A stretch of 64,000 bases of DNA from Negaprion brevirostris (Eukaryota), in assembly GCA_030324005.1 (NCBI GenBank), contig JARDVH010000042.1:82908845-82972844 (forward strand), in the 5' to 3' direction. Position 1 is the first letter of the stretch. Every line of letters starts with the position of its first letter. Made by a program: the position numbers and the translations under genes. Of the stretch, positions 54,801-63,800 are shown one piece after another. The notes below the pieces were generated by a model. The model saw only the letters and a program-made list of their open reading frames with translations, was not told where the DNA came from and ran no database searches.

Positions 54801-57800
54801 TTAGTGTCTCATCCATGTGCACTATTTTCCAAGTTATACAGAATATATCCCCAAGGGCTACTCAGTGGTGGTGCACTTGGATGATATCTTGGTGTTTTGG
54901 GATGAGAGCACCTGGCAAACTCCATTTTTGCAAGATGTCCTCCCCAAGCCACAGTAAGCTGAAAGAGGGGAAAAATGTATCTCCAAGTGACTGAGCTATA
55001 ACCAGGAGATGGCGATTGCTTCTACCCAGTAGACAATCAGGTGAAGGCCAGCATGGATGCACTGACTCCAAGGAACAAGTCAAAGTCCTTCCTGGGATTA
55101 GTAATTAGTACACAAAATTTATCCCTAATTTGGCTTCCACGCTGGTCCCCCTTGTCCAACTATGAAAATATCAAATGTGGTCCTTGGGATTGCCACAGGT
55201 AGAAGCTTTCAACTTTTCATTTAACTTTTTGGTCCACTTTAACACAATGCTGCATGTGACATTTCTCCATATGGGGGCAGTGCTATCTCACTGCAGGAAA
55301 GACTGGCTGGAAAAGCCCATTGCATATACATCCAGGACTCTTTCCGATGCAGAACGGAGGTATTCTCAGATCGAGTTTGGTTGTATTTGGTGTGAAAAAG
55401 TTCCATCAATAAGCCTGGCAGACATTTCATAGTTATGGACAACAAATCTTTATTGGGACTTTAAGATTGTCTGCCTGGATACCACATTGGGTCTTGTTAC
55501 TTGCAGCCTATGAATACCTTCTAGAGCAGTAGTTCCCAACTGGTGTGCTGTGAAGACAACCCTTGCCCCCCTCAAATGTGCCACAAGTTTCCAAATTCAT
55601 TAAGTGAAACTAACCTTTTTCAGTTCCATGGTTGGCATCAAAGACTTAAGCCTCCAGTGCATGTTCTGACTGGGAAGGAGCTGCACGTGTGGTTTGACTT
55701 TTTTTGGTCAAGCCTGTGAACATGGAGCTGAAACAGGTTCATATACCTGCACAAAAAGCAAAAATCCTGGGAGAAGCAAGAAACAGACTTTAAATAAAGT
55801 GAAAGGACAGGAAGCTTAAGGTTTCCAGTAAGATTAAAATAGATGTGCCTCCATTTTTAAGAGGTGAATTAGTGTTCTAGAGTACTGCNNNNNNNNNNNN
55901 NNNNNNNNNNNNNNNNNNNNNNNNNNNNNNNNNNNNNNNNNNNNNNNNNNNNNNNNNNNNNNNNNNNNNNNNNNNNNNNNNNNNNNNNAGAGTACTGCCT
56001 TGGAATGCAGATAGCCAATGCTGATGTATCTCCATTTGCCCATAAGCCTGACTCCTTTACCAGGATTAGAGGTTGTGATGAAATTTTGTTTGGAAACAGT
56101 GTCCACATGGCAAATTTAAGGCTCAATCTTGTCTAAGTCTACATGGTGGGTTCAGAGGGCAACCCTCAAAATTCTATTGGAATAAGAAAAATTAGGTGAG
56201 GATGGGATCATTCTCCGTGGGGCCAGTCTCTTGTTCAGGGCAGCATCTGATATTAAGAACTACACAATAGCCTCCATGGAGTATGAAAGATGAAAAATGC
56301 TGGTTAGCAACATATCTGGTGGCTTGACCTCAGCTCAGACTTGAAGTGGTGTGCCTTATGCCAAGAGAATCAAAACATCCATCCCTCAGGTTTACTACAT
56401 TCATGGAGTGGCCTGGCAGGCATGGGTAACTGCATATGGACTTATGGATTACATGTTTTCAATCTTGATAACTGGGTTGAAGTTGCTCTTCCCCCTTTTT
56501 CCATGCAATGGAGATCAAGAATGCAGACTTGCCACTATTTCCAGCCTGATGGTGTTTCTCCATTTTATCCTGACATTTTGTAAATGGTTAACATATTTAT
56601 TTGGCAATTTATTAAACTGGATTTTGGCATTGGGATTTTAATTTGAATTTCATAATGGTTCTGCAATTCTGAAAGCATGAACCTTTTTTCTAAATGCCTT
56701 TTTATTCACTCTTTTTCAGGTCATGTTACTTGTAGTCCAGCTGAGTTCATCTGTGCCAGTGGCAGATGCATTTCCAAGAAATTTGTCTGCAATGGTGATG
56801 ACGACTGTGGAGATGGAAGCGATGAAGAAAGCTGTGCTCCACTCTCCTGTGGCCCACATGAGTTTCAGTGCAGTAATTCTTCAGAGTGTATATCTTCACA
56901 CTGGGTGTGTGACAACAAAGTTNNNNNNNNNNTTGATTGTGCTGATCAGTCTGATGAAGCTCCTGACAGATGTGGACAGACATCAGCTCCATTCGTCACC
57001 TGCTCTCCTGGTGATCTTCAATGTGGTTCCGGTGAATGTATCCACCACAAATGGTTCTGTGATGGAGATAGTGACTGCAAAGATGGAAGTGATGAAGCCA
57101 ACTGTCGTAAGTGATTTTTCAATAATATGACCATTTATTCATCCTTTTTAAGCAAAGGACAATATAAAGCAACTTTGGTTGCTACTGGCACTTTCAATTC
57201 TGTCAAATGCCCACAGGTGCAGTAAAGTTAATTTGACTACAGCAATGTACTGGCTGTGAAGTTGTTTCACAACCTAATTCCCAAATGGGCATTGCAGATG
57301 TAGCAAGATTTTCTCCCAAGTTGCTGTAGTAATCCTATGAGGAATGGAGACTGCCAGCATTTTGCAGCTACTTTCACTCCAACTTTAAAAGTCAAAGAAC
57401 TAAGAACAGTTGGGACTCTGGGAACTCTGGATAAGTTTAGGAAAGTGGTTCCTGGGACTAAAAGTTTTCCCTTTTTTATACTTGCTGTCTGTAATTTTAC
57501 AACAAAGGAGCCATTGAACTGATTTTTGTTTTTTTTTTGGGAATCCAGTTAAGTCTATTTAAACTTGCTATATGGTACTAAGTTGTCTGTCTATATGGCA
57601 AGTGTGCAGCCTTTAGGACCCAAAGAGATTGATCAAATCTTAGTAATACACCTTGTCAACTTTGGCTGAGTCACAATCAGCTGCTCTCTCTGAATCAGGA
57701 CAGAGAAAATCAAAGGTTTCCAACCTGATACCTGCTCCAATATGAGGGAATGAAGGTTTATGTACCAAAATGCGGAACTGAGTAAATTGATCATGGAAAT

Positions 57801-60800
57801 GCAATACAAATGTGTGGCTGTCTACAGTTGCTTTTGTTTTGTTAATATTTACTTTGTTCCATGCCCCAAAGGTGTCCTCTTAAATACCTAGTTTAAATCA
57901 AGTTCACCAAAGGTGGGACATGGAATGTAGCTAGCAAGACGTAACATAGATAAAACTTGAGCAGCAGATGAGAAAAGTAAGGATAAAGCTGACATAGGTG
58001 CAAATAAGTTTTCTGGTCATGAAACATCTTGGTCAAAAATAAGGTNNNNNNNNNNTTTGTCTTGGGATTTGATTCTCATCCAATACTACATGCTTGTTCT
58101 GTCTGGATAGGAAGGATTGAGAGCTCATGGTGAAGTAGAGGTGACAATTATCATTGCTTGCGTGGAAAAATGCTACAATCCAAAGATGTGTAGGTCAGGT
58201 GGATTGGCCATGTTAATTGCCCCTTAGTGTTGGGGGACTGGGTAGGATAAATGTATGGAGATGGGGCCTGGGTGGGATTGTGATTGGTGTGTACTCAATG
58301 GGCTAAATGGCCTTCTGCATTGTAATATACCGGTACTGAAAGGCAACTATGGGCATAAAGGATAGATGCTTTGGGGCACTAGAGGAATCAGAGGATTTTC
58401 AGGCTGCAACTAGAACTAAGAATGGGTAAAAGGCAAGATGGTTTTGTTGAACAATTCTGCCTTCAAACTCACCTGCCATCTATCCTGCTAAAAAGTTATT
58501 TGTGCATAGCTAATAGTTCATTAGTCAGACTGAACAAATCTAGCCCAATGTTAATCTTCCACCATTGCAAAAATTGGGGCGTTCTGCAGAGTAGAAACTT
58601 GATTTGAGCCTTGGCTGGTTTCTGTGCTTTAGCACTGTCCACATCTTAAGTTCAACTTTCTTTTAATGTTGTAATGCACAATTTTGTTCTAGCACCTCAA
58701 ACATGTAGGCCAGATCATTTTACGTGCCATGATGGCAGCTGTATCCCTGAACGTGGCCTATGTAATGGAATTAGTGATTGCCCGGATGGTAGCGATGAAA
58801 TCGACTGTAAGAAGGGTGAGTGCACAAATTTATTAGCTGTCTTTTGAATATCATGAACTCAACTCAAAACTCACCACTTATGTTTTTAATTTTTGACAGT
58901 TGCTGAATGTGCAGGACCCATGGACTTCAAGTGCCAAAGTGGTGAATGTATAAATATATCTCAAGTCTGTAATTCTCAAAAGGATTGCAAGGACTGGAGT
59001 GATGAACTCCTGGGAAAATGTAGTAAGTGTTTCAGGATTAAAAGTAAAGCTGATCTGAATTTTTGTTCCTGAGTCCCACTTCACAAACCTGTTTTGACTA
59101 CAATTGTATGACTTATGGCTTAAATATTTTCTTGGTGATCTTAAATGTGAATTTGGCATGTCAAATTGGTGTAATACATCAGTTCATAAATTTATTTGGC
59201 ATTATCCCAGCACCTTGCTGATACCTGTTGGTTCTGTTACATTGCAGTTGAGCACTAATTTGAAAGCAATATACATGCTGAATGAAATTAAGCTTGTTCT
59301 GTTGCTAAACATGGCAAGTGCTGACTAGTAAGCCTTCTGAAATACTTTGTTTCGTGCCCTCACCACTACCATCAATGTTTTTTAGGCTGTTACTGCTTTT
59401 CAGGGTCTGCTCTTTTTTTGTCCTGGCCCTCAATAGGCCATCCAAAATTGGGATTATCTTTTCGTCCTCACATGCTACTCCAACAGACTTTACATGATCC
59501 CATAAAGCATATCCTACTTTCTTTTCTTTCGCTCCTGCCAGGATTTCAGAAGATCAATTCCCTCCAGGGTATATTGTTTACTTCAGTGTTGGTGTTTGCA
59601 AATTTTTCAGAACATAGTAACTTTCTAATTTTGGTCACAAAGTTAGTGGTAAAGTTGGGCATTAATAATTAAACTCCATTCAATGGTAGATCTGATTTAA
59701 AATTCTACTTCATCTAGTTGTTCAGAGAATTGAGTTGTTATTATATATGCTGGCAATACTCACATGGGTTGGGGGTAAGACGTTCAGGGAATCACTCGAG
59801 GATTCAGTGTAGAGATTGGGTGAGGCAGGGGGAATGACCTACAGNNNNNNNNNNNNNNNNNNNNNNNNNNNNNNNNNNNNNNNNNNNNNNNNNNNNNNNN
59901 NNNNNNNNNNNNNNNNNNNNNNNNNNNNNNNNNNNNNNNNNNNNTAGAATTAAAATTTTCTGTCAATGTTTCCAAACCTCAGGCAACATTTTCTGATTTC
60001 CAGCATCTCTCTAGCATTTTGCTTTGGTAAATATCTGTGTGTGTATATTGAGAATTGAAGTATTTAAATGTAAAAACGATTGCAATTGTTAGTAATTAAC
60101 TGACATCGAGGAAAAAGTCAATCATAAATGAACCTTTACTGATTTTAGTGCAAAAAAAAGTTGATGCAAATAACTCTGGGCTGGAAGGGATGGCAGTGAT
60201 TGGCATTAAAGCCTGACAGCACCAGGGACCTGGGTTCAATTCCAATCACCGTTTCTGAAGTTTGCATGTTAGTGTCTGCATGGGTTTCCTCCCACAGTCC
60301 AAAGATGTGCAGGTTAGATTAATTAGCCATGCTAAATTGAATAGTATTGGGGCTAGCAGGGTACATTTTTATGTGGGGTTCCAGGATTGAGCCTGAGTGG
60401 GATTGCTATCAGGTGGAGGCTCGATGTGCAGGTGGTGGCCATTCAGCCCAGAGGATTCTGATTCTATGAAGTGAACCTTGAATAGGATGCTCACTTTGTT
60501 TCCTTTTGCAGATGTGAATGAATGCTTGGTGAATAATGGAGGTTGTTCTCACATCTGTCAGGACCTTTTCATTGGCTATGAATGTGACTGCCCTGCTGGT
60601 TTTAAACTGGTTGATAAGACTTGTGAAGGCAAGTTGAACCATTGAATTTTGTAGATCAGAAAAAATGGTCCTTTATGAATCTAAAGATGTTGTTGTCTTT
60701 TTTAGACCTTGATGAATGTCAAAATCCTGGAACCTGCAGCCAAATTTGTACCAATTTAGAAGGAAGCTATAAGTGTGAATGTCATGAAGGATATCACATG

Positions 60801-63800
60801 GATCTAAATAATTCGGTCTGCAAGGCATTAGGTAGGTTTGTGTTTAAGAGTAATTGAATACATACTATTTTTGAAATAGTCCTTTGGTGGATGTCACTAC
60901 TTTAGGGTAGTTTGAGAAGTTAAGGTATGGGGCACTAACAGACAAGTCAGCAGTAGATTAAAATTCTAGTCTTCTAGACATGGGTGTTTATGTTGGCAGA
61001 TTTTGCTCAGGCCAATTGCTGTCCATGATTTAATCAAAATCTGTGCACCTGAGTGAAAACTGATCCTTCCTTTCTACATTTTTAAGTTGCTTCTAGCCTC
61101 TGCACATGTGTAAAACTGGTCTTTTACATGTTCTCAAGTTTTTCAATTTTCTTGAATGCTATTCTGCCTTCAAGCCAACAATTTTTTGTTCAGTGCCTCT
61201 GATCAAAACTCAGTTCACTGGTTTAAGCTATATTTACAGAGAAAGCAAGTCAAACATGTTTAAAGGATCCTCCCAGGACTGCAAAATTGGAATTTCTGCT
61301 CCATCACTGCCTCAGAACTCATGACCCCCCCCCAAATGCTTGACCTACAAGCCCCTTGGGAGTCATGAGCCATAGTTTGGGACCCCTATCTTAAAACTGC
61401 AACTCTAACCTATTCTGCCTCTTTCAAACTGAATGATGATAAATCAGAAATACTCAAGAATATATCAGATCTGAGTTTTATTCTTGAAGTGAGTGTGACT
61501 AGCAGGCCTGCATTTGCTAATCCCTGAGTCAACCATGTTGCTGGGGACCTGGAGTGTCTCAAGTGAGACAGATTTCCTTCCCTAAAAGGATATTAAAGAA
61601 CCACATGAGTTTTTTTTTTTACAACAATCAACAAAGATTTCATGGTTATTGTTGGACTTATTTCCATATTATTGATTTCCAATTTCACCATCTACCATGG
61701 TGGAATTCAAACCCAGGTCCCTAGAATATTGAAATCAGGGTTGCATTCTGTTTCTGATCACCCAAGTCAGAAAAACCTAGACATCCCCGTTGTGGGAGAG
61801 ATTAGAACTAGGGACACAGTTTTAATAAGAGGTATCCCGAAATTATACATTTTTGAGGGTGACGAGTCTCTGGAATTCTTCCTCCAGAATGAAACAGTGC
61901 CATGTTTTGTGGAGTAGGCTTGAGGGACCAAAAGCCTACAACAATATTTTGTATCCCAATTGAGCTACGCTACAGTGTAAAAGGATGGAGTGTATCCATT
62001 TTTAGGTTTTTGTGCTGAAACTACACATTGATTTACTGACAAAATGAACACTAGTTTCATTTCATTTGTTTTTCTGAACTAAATGTGCAAATGATTGTTT
62101 ACAGTAGAATTGTACCTAATGCCAAGTATAAGCTACAAGAATCTTGATGCAGCATATTAGTCTTTCTGGAGATGGTAAGATTAAATCCTGTGGGAGCTTC
62201 CTGTAATAAACTGAAACCCTGTAAATGCTATTAAGTGGATGCAGGCCAGATGAAAAAGCCTTTTGCAACCAAATTTGTATATACTTTAATACACTGGCTG
62301 TATGTTTGGTATGCTGCTGTAATTTGGGTTTATAGAAGTTGCTGTTAACACAGTGCAAATCTTAGCACAGAGGTGACTTGTTGACAGCAGAGATCTTAGA
62401 TAATTTTTGTGGATAATTTATTATACTCATCCTACATAGGACAAGAACCTTATTTGATGTTCGCCAATCGCCATGACATCCGTAAACTTGGACTGCATCG
62501 TGGTGAATATACTCAGGTAGCCAGGCAGCTGAGAAATGCTGTCTCACTGGATGCTGATATTGCTGAACAGATACTCTTTTGGGCTGACTTGGGCCGACAG
62601 GCAATTTTCAGGTAAATTTGAGATTTAAGAACTGACATTCTACAATGCAACACCCCAAGATGCTGTGGCATTATCAAAGAGCAGGAATTTGTCCAGACTT
62701 CTATTTTGGTGTACTTCATTTGTCTAACAAGTAACTGGACTTGAGGAAACATGACTTGAATTGCATTTACTCAGATGAGATGAGACTTGGTGTCTAAACC
62801 AGTTGACTTTCTTTCAGCATGTCCATGAATGAAGGTGAACGTTCAACTGGGGTTCCCAAAATTAAGGATCTAGAAATCCCAGTAAAAATTGCAGTGGATT
62901 GGGTCTACAAGCACATCTACTGGACTGATCGGGGCACTAAGACGATATCTGTGGCCACGTTTGATGGGACCAAAAGGAAGACTCTCTTCACTGAACTGAG
63001 GGAACCAACTTCTCTTGCCGTTGATCCAATAACTGGGTACTGAAATTTAATATGCAAATATGTAAGCTTGACACACCCAAGAGAAATATCAAGTATCTGT
63101 AATATTTTGGTTTGAACAGTTTGTAGCCTTTGGGATTTGCATACAATTTTAGCATGGTTAGTTAGCTTAACAGATTAAAAGCTGTGAATATTCATCCTTC
63201 TACCTTACTGACTGCATTGTTAGAATTGCAAGGCATTTGATTAGAGTAGAAAGGAGAATTGTCCTACTGTTTGAGTATATCCTGACAGATTAAAGCAACT
63301 TTGGAGAAAGCTGAAGAGCAAACGAAATATGGTGAAATTTAAATGAGGTGGGATTTCTCCCTGAATCTTTGTTAGCAATTATTTGGTGTGAAATTAGTTT
63401 AGTTGAGAGTAAGTCTCTTGACTATATTTGTATACAGAAGTTCCCAATCATCGTTGCAAAGGCTGATCTAGATTAATGTTCTGATCATGCTTTGACTTTT
63501 TGAAGGTTTATTTACTGGTCAGACTGTGGTGAACCAGCAGTGATTGAAAAAGCAGGAATGAATGGTGCTGACCGTCAGCAACTTGTTGCCAGAGAGATTC
63601 AGTGGCCAAATGGCCTTGCACTTGGTAAGGAAATTTATATTTGGAGTCAGAAACTGCCTTTTTCACTGAATTGTTTATAACTTGTGAACTTTTATATCCA
63701 CAGATCTTGTGAAAAGCTGCTTGTATTGGGTTGATGCAAAGTTGCACACATTATCAAGTGTTGGCCTGAATGGTCAGGATAGAAGAACGGTGCTGTGGTC

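Noticed and set aside
56923-56934. Four-residue insertion in an M5 LA repeat
   Set aside because: 10-N gap with duplicated tt; closing it restores the normal CDNKVDC spacing
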